Assembly: GCA_040220235.1 (NCBI GenBank)
Contig: JAVJTO010000109.1
Length of the DNA stretch: 64,000 nucleotides
Direction: 5' to 3' (one strand)
Source of the DNA: Coleofasciculus sp. B1-GNL1-01
GTDB taxonomy: Bacteria > Cyanobacteriota > Cyanobacteriia > Cyanobacteriales > Coleofasciculaceae
Below are positions 1 through 10,585 of the stretch, in pieces (the first letter of the stretch is position 1; each line of letters starts with the position of its first letter). The translations under genes and the position numbers were made by a program. The notes beneath the pieces were generated by a model that saw nothing but the letters and a program-made list of their open reading frames with translations, made no database searches and was not told the DNA's origin.

Positions 1-132
1 TGACCAATGACCAATGACCAATGACCAATGACCAATGACCAATGACCAATGACCAATGACCAATGACCAATGACCAATGACCAATGACCAATGACCAATG
101 ACCAATGACCAATGACCAATGACCAATGACCA
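1..132. repeat. STRR heptamer tandem array (TGACCAA)n, about 19 copies, truncated by the window edge
   Basis: Perfect TGACCAA tandem running into the ATG at 133. Confidence 0.97.
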
Positions 133-894
133 ATGATAAAAAAACAACGTCTTTTACTCCCCATCCTTGATATTATCACCCTAGGCATTTGGGGAATTTT
201 ATTAATTCAATACTGGGTCAGTGGCGAATTACAGTTACTCATTCACCCGAATTACTTTGCCTTAGTTCTAGGAACCGGGATACTTTTGCTAGTGCTGGCG
301 GTATTAAAAGCCATTCAAGTCATCGGTCAATTACCACCCCGAAATCCCAAAACCATGCCGATGATGGAACATATTAGCTGGTTTCCACCTGGTTGGAGTA
401 CAGGATTACTGCTAGCCACGGCGATTTTAGGGTTATTAGTCGAACCCAAAGTCTTTACCAGCCAGACAGCGATTCAACGAGGTGTAATGGAATCCTTAAC
501 CGCCACCCGCACCCAGCCTCAATCCTTCCGCAGCCTCAGCAAACCCGAAGCGCGATCGCTGATTGAATGGATTCGCACCCTGAGTGTTTATCCGGAACCT
601 GATGAATATGCGGGTCAAGCGGTTAATGTTAAAGGGTTTGTCGTTTATCCCCAAGACCTATCCTCGAACTATTTATTAGTAACGCGCTTTGTGATTACCT
701 GCTGTGCAGCGGATGCTTATCCAGTCAGTTTACCCGTGAAACTTTCGGGAAATCGTCAGGCGTATAAACCGGATACTTGGATACAAGTGAAAGGTAAAAT
801 GATGACAGAAACATTACAAGACAAACGGCAATTGGTGATTGAAGCCAGTGAGGTAGAAAAAGTTCCTGAACCCGATAATCCTTACTATTATTAA
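133..894 (+). CDS. TIGR03943/DUF1980 family putative permease subunit (YcgQ-like)
   Basis: N-terminal TM helices with LLIHP; C-terminal RFVITCCAADA motif and PDNPY end. Confidence 0.85.
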   Translation: MIKKQRLLLPILDIITLGIWGILLIQYWVSGELQLLIHPNYFALVLGTGILLLVLAVLKAIQVIGQLPPRNPKTMPMMEHISWFPPGWSTGLLLATAILGLLVEPKVFTSQTAIQRGVMESLTATRTQPQSFRSLSKPEARSLIEWIRTLSVYPEPDEYAGQAVNVKGFVVYPQDLSSNYLLVTRFVITCCAADAYPVSLPVKLSGNRQAYKPDTWIQVKGKMMTETLQDKRQLVIEASEVEKVPEPDNPYYY

Positions 895-935
895 ATGAAT
901 CAAAGAAAATGTGCGATCGCGTCTCTTCACCGCCG

Positions 936-977
936 ATTCAAATCCCCGATATCTTGAAGACATCGGGGATCTCGCCC
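936..977. repeat. Palindromic dispersed repeat (ATCCCCGA-N-TCGGGGAT family), copy 1
   Basis: Hairpin; 36/42 identical to 4656-4697. Confidence 0.8.
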
Positions 978-993
978 GCTCATCCAGTTCTGT

Positions 994-3900
994 TTAAATC
1001 ACCGTAAAAACGGCTGACGTTAAACTATCAGCATTCACCCCATTCAAAATCGCCAAGGTTTCATCATTAATCTGAATCAAAGAATCATTACCGGATTGGC
1101 TAATATTCAACTGACTAAACATCAAACCCTCTGCCAATCCAATCCCGTCTTCCTTGATACGAAAATCGAGAATCGTATCCGTTCCTTCACCCACTGCCAA
1201 AATAAAGATATCACGACCGCGATCGCCTGAAAAGTTATCCCCCACTAACCGATCATTTCCTAAACCACCGCGCAGGATATCATCACCCCCATCGCCCCAC
1301 ATTTGGTCATCGCCGTCTTCCCCATAGAGGGTATCATTCCCAGCTTTCCCGCCAATGCGATCATCACCACCCCCCCCATAAATGACATCATCGCCGCCAA
1401 CGCTTTGCGGAGAACGTTGATTCAAATCCCCTCGCAGTACATCACTCCCTTCACCACCAAAAATCAGGTCATCGCCTAAACCCCCTGCAACCGTATCATC
1501 TCCCATTCGACCATAAAGGGTTTCGTTAGCGTTAGTCCCCACCAATGCTTCCGACTCAGAGGTTCCCCAGAAAACATTTGGATCACCCCCTAAACTCAAG
1601 CGAGACATTAAGGGATCATGGTCACTGGCTGAGTCATTAAATTCGCTATTCGTATGTACCGCATCAAATTCGGTATTAGCGACTAAATTATCGCTGACTA
1701 GAATATGATCCAATGACTGGGAATTTCCCCGAAAGATATAAGAATAACGCTCATTTTCGGGTAGCGTTTCGGTTAAGTTGGTCAGACTCTCTCCCTTGAG
1801 TATCTCTAAAGGCGATAAGAACTCAAATTCGTTTAAATCCCCCAGTACCACCACATTAGCATCGGGGTCATTCGCCAAGATAGTCTCCACATAATCGTTA
1901 ACCGTTTGGGCTTGGGCTTCCCGTTGTTCTACACTCCCATTCACTGGCGGTTGCACTTGACCAAATAGAGGCGTACTGCCACCTTTTGATGCAAAATGGT
2001 TATTAACCAGGGTAACCTTTTCTCCCTTAAATAGGAACTCAGCCGCCAGAGATTTCCGGCTGTCCTCAAATCCCGGATCTCCCACACCAATCCGTTCACC
2101 GGAGTTGGGAATCAGGTCTACGCGGTCAGGATTATAAAGATAACCGACCCGAATATTACCGCCCGGTTGACCGCCATCTTGATTATTCACTGGGGGACTA
2201 TCAAAGAATTCATACTCAGTACCACCAGCAGTAATAATCGCATCAATTAAGGTTTGATAGGTTTGGCTAGCGTCAACTGTACCATCATTCGTCGATCCGG
2301 TATTATCTTGAATTTCCTGGAGGGCGATGATATCCGGCGTTTTCAGATTGTTAACAATTTGATTCGCGATCGCATCAAATTTACCCTCAGCAATATCCTC
2401 ATCCCCATCCTCATCATTGGGGTCGAGATTTTCTACATTGAAGCTAGCAACAGTGAGTTGATTCTCCGTCCCGATCAAGTTAGTGACTTCCGGTTGTAAC
2501 TCTGAGGAAATCGGAGTAAACGCCTCAGTCGCCTTCACTTCAAAGTTGCCGAAATTGTAACCCACTACACCCGTAACATCACCCAGTTGATCGCCGACCT
2601 TTACCGATGGCGAAAACCCCGGTAAGATATCATCATCAACCTGAATCTGAATCCGTTCGGGATTAAAGTCATCGGGACTAATATTAATCGTCCCTCGGTT
2701 ACTTAATCCTGTCGCATTCACCCCATTATCAGCGACAGTGAAAATTTCTCCAAATCGGTTAATCGGACTAACAGCTAACGCATCTTGAACAGTGACTCGC
2801 ATTCCTTCTAACGTTTCATAGAAGTCTATGCCATCTTCAGCCGGATCAAAGATGGTCAGGTTATCATTATCGATAATTTGATTCGGGGGAATGCGACCAT
2901 CCGTTCCCAGGATAACGGCTGTTGGTAAAGCATTCCCTGTGGACAAGGTGGTAATTGTTGGATTACCGCTGATTTGAGTAATAGAAAGATTCCCCGTATC
3001 TGCGCCACCAGGAATAAATTCACTAACTGTCCCTTCCACTTGCAACTCATCACCAATACTGACAGTGGGTAGAGACTGGGTGAAGACAAAAATACCATCA
3101 GCAGTTAAATTATTACTATCCCCTGTCGCGTCTTGCAGGTAAAATCCATTCCGATCAATGGCTGTAACGATACCGTTGGTGATTACCGATTCACCCTCAA
3201 AGGGCGAAATTTGACCTATACCTTGGATATCGTAAATGGGGATAATAGTCGGTGGTTGTGCAGTAACTTGTTGATTCACTGTACCCGGCGTGTTAAAGGC
3301 TTCACCCACAACCGGACTTCCACTGAAACCGGGAATTCCGGAACCGTCAAAGTCATTGCGAACCCAATCGGTTACCGACTCATCCGTACTATTAACAAAA
3401 CGAGATGCGCCGCCAGGAGTAAACGAAATCCCATCATAGCCTGGAGTTAAGACAACAGCCGAGTACGTGCGATCGCCACTGTCACCATCACTGACGCCAA
3501 TACTATCAGCAATCGTCGTCCAAGGGGTTAAATCCAGAACACCATCATCATCGGTATCCAAGTCATCCCCGGAACTCCCCGTAAAGTTCTCGACTAGCAA
3601 TAGTGTCTGTGTACCGTTCTGAAATCTGCTATTAACAAACCCCGTTGTCCACAAGCCATTGGCGTCTGTTGTGCCTAGGGAATTAACCGTGGTAATCTTA
3701 CCCGGAGTTGATCCGCGATCGCCTTCAATTTGCAGTAGGGAATAATTACTATAGTCGCTATTGGCGTCAGCGACAATTTCTACATATTCGTTGGTATCTG
3801 TTCCCGTGTGATTAAAGACAAACTCGTTAATCAGTGGCGTGGTGGGCGTACTATGATTACCAAAACTTTGTCCTTGATTAATCCCATCAAACGTATCACT

Positions 3901-4356
3901 GGTTGTTTCCATCCAGGCAAAATCAGTATAGGTTGTCCCCGTTCCGGTCAGTTGTAAAGACGCACCAATCGGCGTACTACTTCCCTGAGAAACACCAATA
4001 TCAATACTGGTCATTCCCGCTGCTATTCCGTCTACAGCCGTAAAACTGCCTTCATAGCTGAGAAACTGGACAACGCTACCATTATTATCCACCAAAGCTA
4101 TACCATCTGGGCTACCATTTTGAATCCCATTAGTCGGATAGTCGAATGTAACCGTACCAAAGCCATTATCTTGGTCAGGAATGACGCCACTGAGAGAGGT
4201 TGTCGTGTAAACCAATCCATTCGCACCGTTATATAAAACGATACTCCAGTCTGTCAGGTCAATTCCTGCTAAACCCGCTAGTTCAATCGCTTCACCGACA
4301 TCTGTTCCGGTGTTGTCATAGTGAATCTCATTAATAAATACGTTAGCCATAATCAA
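994..4356 (-). CDS. Extracellular endonuclease/exonuclease/phosphatase-family nuclease (NucH/ExeM-like) with lamin-tail-like and OB domains and C-terminal RTX Ca-binding repeats
   Basis: INEIHYDN LTD start; VASFNVENL, ALQEIQ, NHFASKGG, GDLNE, LDHILVS and SDHDP EEP motifs; GGxGxD repeats. Confidence 0.9.
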   Translation of the reverse strand: MIMANVFINEIHYDNTGTDVGEAIELAGLAGIDLTDWSIVLYNGANGLVYTTTSLSGVIPDQDNGFGTVTFDYPTNGIQNGSPDGIALVDNNGSVVQFLSYEGSFTAVDGIAAGMTSIDIGVSQGSSTPIGASLQLTGTGTTYTDFAWMETTSDTFDGINQGQSFGNHSTPTTPLINEFVFNHTGTDTNEYVEIVADANSDYSNYSLLQIEGDRGSTPGKITTVNSLGTTDANGLWTTGFVNSRFQNGTQTLLLVENFTGSSGDDLDTDDDGVLDLTPWTTIADSIGVSDGDSGDRTYSAVVLTPGYDGISFTPGGASRFVNSTDESVTDWVRNDFDGSGIPGFSGSPVVGEAFNTPGTVNQQVTAQPPTIIPIYDIQGIGQISPFEGESVITNGIVTAIDRNGFYLQDATGDSNNLTADGIFVFTQSLPTVSIGDELQVEGTVSEFIPGGADTGNLSITQISGNPTITTLSTGNALPTAVILGTDGRIPPNQIIDNDNLTIFDPAEDGIDFYETLEGMRVTVQDALAVSPINRFGEIFTVADNGVNATGLSNRGTINISPDDFNPERIQIQVDDDILPGFSPSVKVGDQLGDVTGVVGYNFGNFEVKATEAFTPISSELQPEVTNLIGTENQLTVASFNVENLDPNDEDGDEDIAEGKFDAIANQIVNNLKTPDIIALQEIQDNTGSTNDGTVDASQTYQTLIDAIITAGGTEYEFFDSPPVNNQDGGQPGGNIRVGYLYNPDRVDLIPNSGERIGVGDPGFEDSRKSLAAEFLFKGEKVTLVNNHFASKGGSTPLFGQVQPPVNGSVEQREAQAQTVNDYVETILANDPDANVVVLGDLNEFEFLSPLEILKGESLTNLTETLPENERYSYIFRGNSQSLDHILVSDNLVANTEFDAVHTNSEFNDSASDHDPLMSRLSLGGDPNVFWGTSESEALVGTNANETLYGRMGDDTVAGGLGDDLIFGGEGSDVLRGDLNQRSPQSVGGDDVIYGGGGDDRIGGKAGNDTLYGEDGDDQMWGDGGDDILRGGLGNDRLVGDNFSGDRGRDIFILAVGEGTDTILDFRIKEDGIGLAEGLMFSQLNISQSGNDSLIQINDETLAILNGVNADSLTSAVFTVI

Positions 4357-4560
4357 TTATTTTTTGCTGAAAAAACACGGCAATTACAAGCAAAAACTAA
4401 GCTCAGTCAATGGTTTTTACATTGCCTCACTGTTTGGGAGAAATCCAATTAAGGATTAACAAAAAATCTTGATAATTTTATTGAACAAAAATCTTGACTT
4501 GCCCCCTTTAATCCTAGATTTAACCTGATAGAAAAAATCTAGGTTAGTCAAGACAACCGT

Positions 4561-4605
4561 ATTTTATCCGACTGGGGCTTAAGAGGAGGTAAAGATAAAT
4601 CTAAG
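4561..4605 (-). promoter_or_regulatory. Putative Pho box (three units at 11-nt period) plus -10 TAAAAT for the nuclease gene
   Basis: Minus strand CTTAGATT-tat-CTTTACCT-cct-CTTAAGCC, then TAAAAT 9 nt downstream. Confidence 0.55.
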
Positions 4606-4655
4606 AATCGGGTACTTTACCGAATCTTCATATTCGCGGTAGGTATGGGTATCAT

Positions 4656-4697
4656 ATTCAGATCCCCGACTTCTTAAAGAAGTCGGGGATCTCGCCC
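4656..4697. repeat. Palindromic dispersed repeat (ATCCCCGA family), copy 2
   Basis: AGATCCCCGACTTCT-TAA-AGAAGTCGGGGATCT perfect stem. Confidence 0.85.
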
Positions 4698-4756
4698 TGA
4701 AGTTGACACCATTGCTCCCCCAGCTTCCCCTAACCCGATTTGATTTTGTCCGACTC

Positions 4757-5359
4757 CTACGAACCAGTCACCTCAATAATTCCACAGCCAACTCGTCCAC
4801 CAGCATTACCCGTAGGTTGACCAAAATCATCAGGCTGTTCATGAAGAATCACTGCCCGATTCCCAATCGCATATTTCCCTTCGGTAAACGTGAGTCGCTC
4901 AACCGTCATACTTTTTGTGCCAGTACCATCTTCAGCAATCGTAATATTGCCTAAATCTCCCGCATGAGCATTTTCAAATCCATCTTCGGTAATTAATCCA
5001 TGTTTCACATCATCTGGATTAAAATGACCGCCAGCCGCATTCCCTTGATCCGCACAACTCCCCGCTTCATGGATGTGGAAAGCCCGTTCTCCAGGTGGAG
5101 CATTTGTCATCGCCACTTCAATCAACATACCGTCCGCCGTTGTCGTAAACTCAGCCTCTCCCAAAACTTCTGAGGGATCGGTTGTGCTGTTAATTACGGC
5201 TGTGGCGGTGCTAGCTTGTTGTTCCGTGACTTCTGCTTGGGGTTCGGTTACAGGTTCCTCGGTCACATTGTCCGCTGGCTGACAGCCGTACACGAACATC
5301 AGCAGCGTCGAAAAAAGTGCGATCGCGATAATTCTTAGGGGTCTATTAATCAAGGTCAT
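4757..5359 (-). CDS. sodC: Cu/Zn superoxide dismutase family protein, probable lipoprotein
   Basis: FHIHE, AGGHFNP, KHG, HAGDLGN, LHEQPDD and GNAGGRVGCG motifs; signal peptide ending VYGC. Confidence 0.9.
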   Translation of the reverse strand: MTLINRPLRIIAIALFSTLLMFVYGCQPADNVTEEPVTEPQAEVTEQQASTATAVINSTTDPSEVLGEAEFTTTADGMLIEVAMTNAPPGERAFHIHEAGSCADQGNAAGGHFNPDDVKHGLITEDGFENAHAGDLGNITIAEDGTGTKSMTVERLTFTEGKYAIGNRAVILHEQPDDFGQPTGNAGGRVGCGIIEVTGS

Positions 5360-5436
5360 ATCCAGTTAAATGGTAATGCACTACAAGTTGAATTAAACCA
5401 GTCAAATTCAAGCTATTATTAATCCTCAGCTATTTC

Positions 5437-6411
5437 CTAAAAAATGTCAATTTCCATAGATTCCACCTGAGTAACCCCGGCTGGTGGCACAAAGGTAAAG
5501 GTATCAGCAGCAACTACAGGCGATGGCACACGGCGAATAATTTGTTCGGTCATCTTGATCTCCATTCCGTCCGCTTTCCCATTCATTTGGATCTGATTTA
5601 CCGTTGCTGTATTCGGTTCCACTAGAACGGTGAATGTAAATCCGGCTTGGTTATCTTTATAGTTATAGCCATAGTAATCTTGCCCTTGTAAAGTTTGCCA
5701 ACCTCCTTCTACGGGAACATCTTCAACTTTCAAAAAAGATTCCAGCATCTCAATAACAGCGTTAGGAGCCATTTCTCCCTCACCAAAAATCTGCCGGAAT
5801 GGGGCAGACATTTCCAGGAATAGCATCGAAGAAAAGCCAATTAAAAAGCTATCATTTGACTGATCAAATTCTGCATAATCGCTCACGGCGTATTGTTTTA
5901 ACTCTGGGTTATAAATCCATACTTGACGACCATCAGAAATCAGAATATAAGTCGGTTGACCAAATCCCCCTGACTCAGGTGTATAAATTTCAGAGCGAAA
6001 CTGCTGAGGAGATTGGGCAATTGTTTTAACCAACACCGAAAATTGACCAGTAAAACCCCGTGCCTCAAAACTGAATTGCATTTCGGATTCAGTTTGATAG
6101 CGTTCGGCTTGAATAAAATTAGCAACCGTTTTAGCTAAAAGACTGACATCAAGTTCATCCGTCAAGGGACGGCTTATTCCCGGTGTCGGATTCGACTGGC
6201 TAAGTTGACTGGGGACAACTGATTCTGAGGGAGAAACTTGAACCTCTCTAGATTGAGGCTTGACCCGAACCCCCGGTTCTCCATCTTGTCTCGCTTGAGC
6301 AGTCGTTATACTAAATAGTGTCCCGTTGTCGCAGATAGAGGGAATGATACCCCAGGCATTCACCGTGGCAGTTATGCCGAAAATTGTAATGGCTTTTTGC
6401 AGTCGGTTCAT
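5437..6411 (-). CDS. LolA-like / DUF2092-type exported protein
   Basis: ISDGRQVWIYNPELKQY and FTFVPPAG motifs of the LolA fold. Confidence 0.7.
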   Translation of the reverse strand: MNRLQKAITIFGITATVNAWGIIPSICDNGTLFSITTAQARQDGEPGVRVKPQSREVQVSPSESVVPSQLSQSNPTPGISRPLTDELDVSLLAKTVANFIQAERYQTESEMQFSFEARGFTGQFSVLVKTIAQSPQQFRSEIYTPESGGFGQPTYILISDGRQVWIYNPELKQYAVSDYAEFDQSNDSFLIGFSSMLFLEMSAPFRQIFGEGEMAPNAVIEMLESFLKVEDVPVEGGWQTLQGQDYYGYNYKDNQAGFTFTVLVEPNTATVNQIQMNGKADGMEIKMTEQIIRRVPSPVVAADTFTFVPPAGVTQVESMEIDIF

Positions 6412-6483
6412 TGTAAGAGTTAATCGTTATTCCTTTTACCCTAAACCAAAGCAAGCACGATGAATGATGAATTTCCTGTTTCC

Positions 6484-6531
6484 TGACAAAGGACAAAGGA
6501 CAAAGGACAAATGACAAAGGACAAATGACAA
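6484..6531. repeat. STRR heptamer array (GACAAAG/GACAAAT)
   Basis: Tandem heptamers abutting the uvrB ATG. Confidence 0.9.
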
Positions 6532-8529
6532 ATGATACCCTTTGATCTGCAAGCCCCCTTTGAAGCCAAGGGCGACCAACCCCAAGCTATTTCCCGCCTA
6601 ACAACTTCGCTGCAAGCGGGTAACCGTTTCCAAACCCTACTTGGTGCGACGGGAACGGGTAAAACCCATACCGTAGCCAGAGTCATCGAACAGATGGGTA
6701 AACCCACTCTGGTACTGGCGCACAATAAAACCTTAGCCGCCCAACTCTGTAACGAATTGCGGGACTTCTTTCCCCAGAATGCGGTGGAGTATTTTGTCTC
6801 CTACTACGACTACTACCAACCGGAAGCCTATATTCCCGTCAGTGATACCTATATCGAAAAAAGCGCCGCCATTAACGATGAAATCGATATGCTGCGCCAC
6901 TCCGCCACGCGATCGCTCTTTGAACGGCGAGATGTAATTGTGGTAGCCTCGATTAGCTGTATCTATGGCTTGGGTATCCCCTCCGAATACCTCAAAGCCG
7001 CGATTCCCCTGCGAGTGGGTACAGAATTAGACCAGCGTCAACTCCTGCGAGATTTAGCCTCCGTCCAATATTCCCGCAATGACATCGAAATGGGGCGAGG
7101 AAGATTCCGCGTCAAGGGGGATGTCCTGGAAATTGGTCCGGCTTACGAAGACCGAATTATTCGCGTCGAATTCTTTGGTGATGAGATTGATGCTATCCGT
7201 TATGTTGACCCAGTAACTGGCGGAATTATCCAAAGTCTCAACGCCCTCAACATCTATCCCGCCCGTCACTTTGTTACCCCCGATGAACGATTAGAAGAAG
7301 CCTGTAACGCCATTGAAACAGAACTCCACGAACAAATCACCACATTACAACAGGCTGGCAAATTACTCGAAGCCCAACGATTAGACCAACGCACTCGCTA
7401 TGATCTAGAACTCTTGCGCGAAGTCGGATATTGTAATGGTGTAGAAAACTATTCCCGTCACCTTGCTGGGCGCAGGGCGGGGGAACCCCCAGAATGTTTA
7501 ATTGATTACTTCCCCGACGACTGGTTATTAGTCGTGGATGAATCTCACGTCACTGTACCCCAAATTCGGGGGATGTACAACGGCGACCAAGCCCGGAAAC
7601 GGGTATTAATTGACCATGGGTTTCGCTTACCCAGTGCAGCAGATAATCGTCCCCTGAAGGCAGACGAATTTTGGACAAAAGTTAACCAATGTATCTTTGT
7701 TTCCGCGACTCCTGGAGATTGGGAAATAGAACAGTCCCAAGACCAAGTAGTGGAACAAGTGATTCGTCCCACAGGGGTGGTTGACCCAGAAATTTTTGTC
7801 CGTCCAACTGAAGGTCAAGTGGATGATTTATTCGCGGAAATTCAGGAACGGGCATCCAAAAAAGAACGGGTACTGGTCACCACCTTAACCAAGCGCATGG
7901 CGGAAGATTTAACTGAATATTTACAGGAACGCGGGATTCGCGTGCGCTACCTACATTCGGAAATTAATTCAATTGAACGAATTGAAATCTTGCAAGCATT
8001 GCGGGAGGGGGCTTTTGATGTACTCATTGGTGTGAATTTGTTGCGCGAAGGATTAGATTTACCAGAAGTATCTCTGGTGGCTATTTTAGATGCCGATAAG
8101 GAAGGATTCCTGCGGGCAGAACGTTCCCTGATTCAAACCATTGGTCGGGCGGCGCGTCATGTTCGGGGACAAGCCATTCTCTATGCGGATAATCTCACCG
8201 ATAGCATGGCAAAAGCCATTGATGAGACCGAACGGCGTCGAGGAATTCAATTGGCATATAACCGGATGCATGGGATTACCCCGCAACCGATTGTCAAAAA
8301 ATCCAGTAATGCGATTTTGGCATTCCTAGACGTGTCGCGGCGGTTGAATCATCAACAGTTGGTAAAGGTTTCTGAACAAGCGGAGGATTTACCCTTAGAA
8401 CAGATTCCAGAAGTCATTAGTCAATTAGAAACCCAGATGAAAGAGGCGGCGAAGAATCTGGAATTTGAGCAAGCTGCCCAATATCGCGATAAAATTAAGC
8501 ATCTGCGGGATAAATTGGTGGGTCGGTAA
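6532..8529 (+). CDS. uvrB: Excinuclease ABC subunit B
   Basis: [34 protein letters not shown] motifs; C-terminal UVR domain. Confidence 0.99.
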   Translation: MIPFDLQAPFEAKGDQPQAISRLTTSLQAGNRFQTLLGATGTGKTHTVARVIEQMGKPTLVLAHNKTLAAQLCNELRDFFPQNAVEYFVSYYDYYQPEAYIPVSDTYIEKSAAINDEIDMLRHSATRSLFERRDVIVVASISCIYGLGIPSEYLKAAIPLRVGTELDQRQLLRDLASVQYSRNDIEMGRGRFRVKGDVLEIGPAYEDRIIRVEFFGDEIDAIRYVDPVTGGIIQSLNALNIYPARHFVTPDERLEEACNAIETELHEQITTLQQAGKLLEAQRLDQRTRYDLELLREVGYCNGVENYSRHLAGRRAGEPPECLIDYFPDDWLLVVDESHVTVPQIRGMYNGDQARKRVLIDHGFRLPSAADNRPLKADEFWTKVNQCIFVSATPGDWEIEQSQDQVVEQVIRPTGVVDPEIFVRPTEGQVDDLFAEIQERASKKERVLVTTLTKRMAEDLTEYLQERGIRVRYLHSEINSIERIEILQALREGAFDVLIGVNLLREGLDLPEVSLVAILDADKEGFLRAERSLIQTIGRAARHVRGQAILYADNLTDSMAKAIDETERRRGIQLAYNRMHGITPQPIVKKSSNAILAFLDVSRRLNHQQLVKVSEQAEDLPLEQIPEVISQLETQMKEAAKNLEFEQAAQYRDKIKHLRDKLVGR

Positions 8530-8698
8530 GGGCAAGTGTAATGGTTCAACACTATAATCCTCAAATTCATCATCGACGTTCAATTCGTCTAAAATCCTAC
8601 AGCATTTCTCAGTCTAGTGAGGTACAGGCACAAACAGATGCCACTCAACCCACCCAGACCAAATTTTAAGTGGTAGAACCTTAAAAACCTTACATGCT

Positions 8699-9154
8699 AT
8701 GAAACCCCTAAACCTAATTATTCCACTATTACTTGTGAGTACGTCTGCCTGTATGAGCGCGACTGTCGAAGAGACTAGCGCCGAAATGCAGGCAACGATA
8801 GCCAAAGCGAGAGATTGCGCTGGCTGTGACTTGAGTAAGATTGATCTCAATGGTGCAGACTTAAGCGGCGCTAATCTCAAGGAAGCTATATTAGATGGTG
8901 CTGATCTGAGTAATGCCAATTTAGCAGAAGCGGATTTGAGTGGTGCGTCTCTAGATGGTGCTAATTTGAATGGAACAAACTTCAATAGTGCCAACTTGAA
9001 AGGGGCTAATTTAAGTAATGCGTCGCTAATTAGCACAAACTTAGTTAACGCCAATTTACGCAAAGCCAAGATTAAGACTGCGAATGTCTATCTCACAAAT
9101 TTTTGTGGAGCAACGATGCCTAATGGAAGTCGCTCTATGCAAGGTTGTAGTTAA
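8699..9154 (+). CDS. Pentapeptide-repeat protein with signal peptide
   Basis: CAGCDL followed by A(D/N)Lxx repeats; FCGATMPNG end. Confidence 0.9.
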   Translation: MKPLNLIIPLLLVSTSACMSATVEETSAEMQATIAKARDCAGCDLSKIDLNGADLSGANLKEAILDGADLSNANLAEADLSGASLDGANLNGTNFNSANLKGANLSNASLISTNLVNANLRKAKIKTANVYLTNFCGATMPNGSRSMQGCS

Positions 9155-9209
9155 CCAAAATTAAGTGAATCGTTAGCGCTTGTTCCCAAAAATTGAAACG
9201 TTTACAGTT

Positions 9210-10070
9210 TTACCCGTGATTGACCTGGGCAATTTGCAAAGCGGAAAGATAGGAGGTTTTGATTCTTCCTGTACAGGTTCTCTCTAATACGTCTCTCAAA
9301 CCGGAAAATAACGACACTCGTTGCCGCGACTCTAACTTTATGTAGGGTGATATTGTACTCAAAAGTGTCAAATACTCATCAATACTATGAGTTGTATGAC
9401 AAACGAACTGTTCTGACAAAAAATTCTGGAATAAACCTGAGTTGATAAAATCTTGTTCAATTTCCTTCAGGTTGGCTTGATGGGTTTCTATAGATCCATA
9501 CCGAGCAAATTCGGGAATAGATGGCGCTTGAGTTTGATAAACTTCATCGAATTGATGACAAATTTCATTATTAGGGTGCGGCGGTGTATTCCACAACATA
9601 ATTATAGAGCCATTTTCTTGTAAAGCCCCAGCCGATTTTTGCACCCTCATTTCGGGTGAAACCCAATGCATTGAAGTCGCGGCAAGAATAGCATTGAATC
9701 GCCCAGCTTCTAGCTGCCATTCTTCAAAACTTGTATTGATAATCTCCACATTGGGATAGGCTGAACAGTTGCTTTTGGCGAGTTTGCAAGCGGCTGGGCT
9801 TGGCTCAAGACAAACCATGGAGAAGCCTAATTCAGCAAATTCTACAGTGGCAATTCCTGGACCACATCCTATTTCTAGAATGGTAGCTTGAGCAGGAAGT
9901 TGAGCTAACTCAACAGCGCGATGGATTAGGGTTTTAGGATAGCGTGGTCGAGCTTGATCATAGACATTGGCGACATCACTGTACCAGTGTTTTCGTTGTT
10001 CTAAGGTATAGGCGTCTTTGATGCCACTACACCATACTTTGACTGATGCCGAATCTTTATCTGTCATCAT
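9210..10070 (-). CDS. Class I SAM-dependent methyltransferase
   Basis: YDQARPRYP and ILEIGCGPG motif I; ATG at 10070 preferred over TTG at 10076. Confidence 0.85.
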   Translation of the reverse strand: MMTDKDSASVKVWCSGIKDAYTLEQRKHWYSDVANVYDQARPRYPKTLIHRAVELAQLPAQATILEIGCGPGIATVEFAELGFSMVCLEPSPAACKLAKSNCSAYPNVEIINTSFEEWQLEAGRFNAILAATSMHWVSPEMRVQKSAGALQENGSIIMLWNTPPHPNNEICHQFDEVYQTQAPSIPEFARYGSIETHQANLKEIEQDFINSGLFQNFLSEQFVCHTTHSIDEYLTLLSTISPYIKLESRQRVSLFSGLRDVLERTCTGRIKTSYLSALQIAQVNHG

Positions 10071-10117
10071 ACCCAATCTGTCATCATACCCATAATACCC
10101 AGGTGTGGTTAAAAAGA

Positions 10118-10465
10118 CTACAATGGATTGTTGGATTCATCCACTTTGACGACTTTGGGATGATGTAGAAGCGCTTCTTCCGGTGTCATCTGAGCGTAAG
10201 CAATTACAATCACATTGTCTCCAACCGCGTTCAGACGAGCCGCCGGACCATTCAAGCAGATGACACGACTTCCCCATTCCCCAGGAATGGTGTAGGTTTC
10301 CAGACGAGAGCCATTATTAACATTGACGACCTGTACTTTTTCGTAAGGTAAAATATTTGCCGCTTTTAGGAGTTCCTCATCAATGGTAATTGAGCCATCA
10401 TAGTGCAGGCAGGCATCGGTTACTTTTACCCGATGCAACTTGCTTTTAAACAGGGTAATCAGCAT
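10118..10465 (-). CDS. panD: Aspartate 1-decarboxylase
   Basis: [14 protein letters not shown] cleavage site, RLETY and ICLNGPAAR. Confidence 0.97.
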   Translation of the reverse strand: MLITLFKSKLHRVKVTDACLHYDGSITIDEELLKAANILPYEKVQVVNVNNGSRLETYTIPGEWGSRVICLNGPAARLNAVGDNVIVIAYAQMTPEEALLHHPKVVKVDESNNPL

Positions 10466-10585
10466 TTGAAAAAATAACTCTAATTAAATTTTACAATATC
10501 TTTATATTTATTGACGTACCCATTTATCTACCGATAGTAAATAGGTGAGTTAAAAATTTTTCAATTCCTGTTGTCTGTTGCCTGT

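Noticed and set aside
913..920. Frequent GCGATCGC octamers throughout the window
   Set aside because: HIP1, a well-known cyanobacterial feature; not novel
8614..9069. 151-aa minus-strand ORF
   Set aside because: Antisense shadow of the pentapeptide-repeat gene
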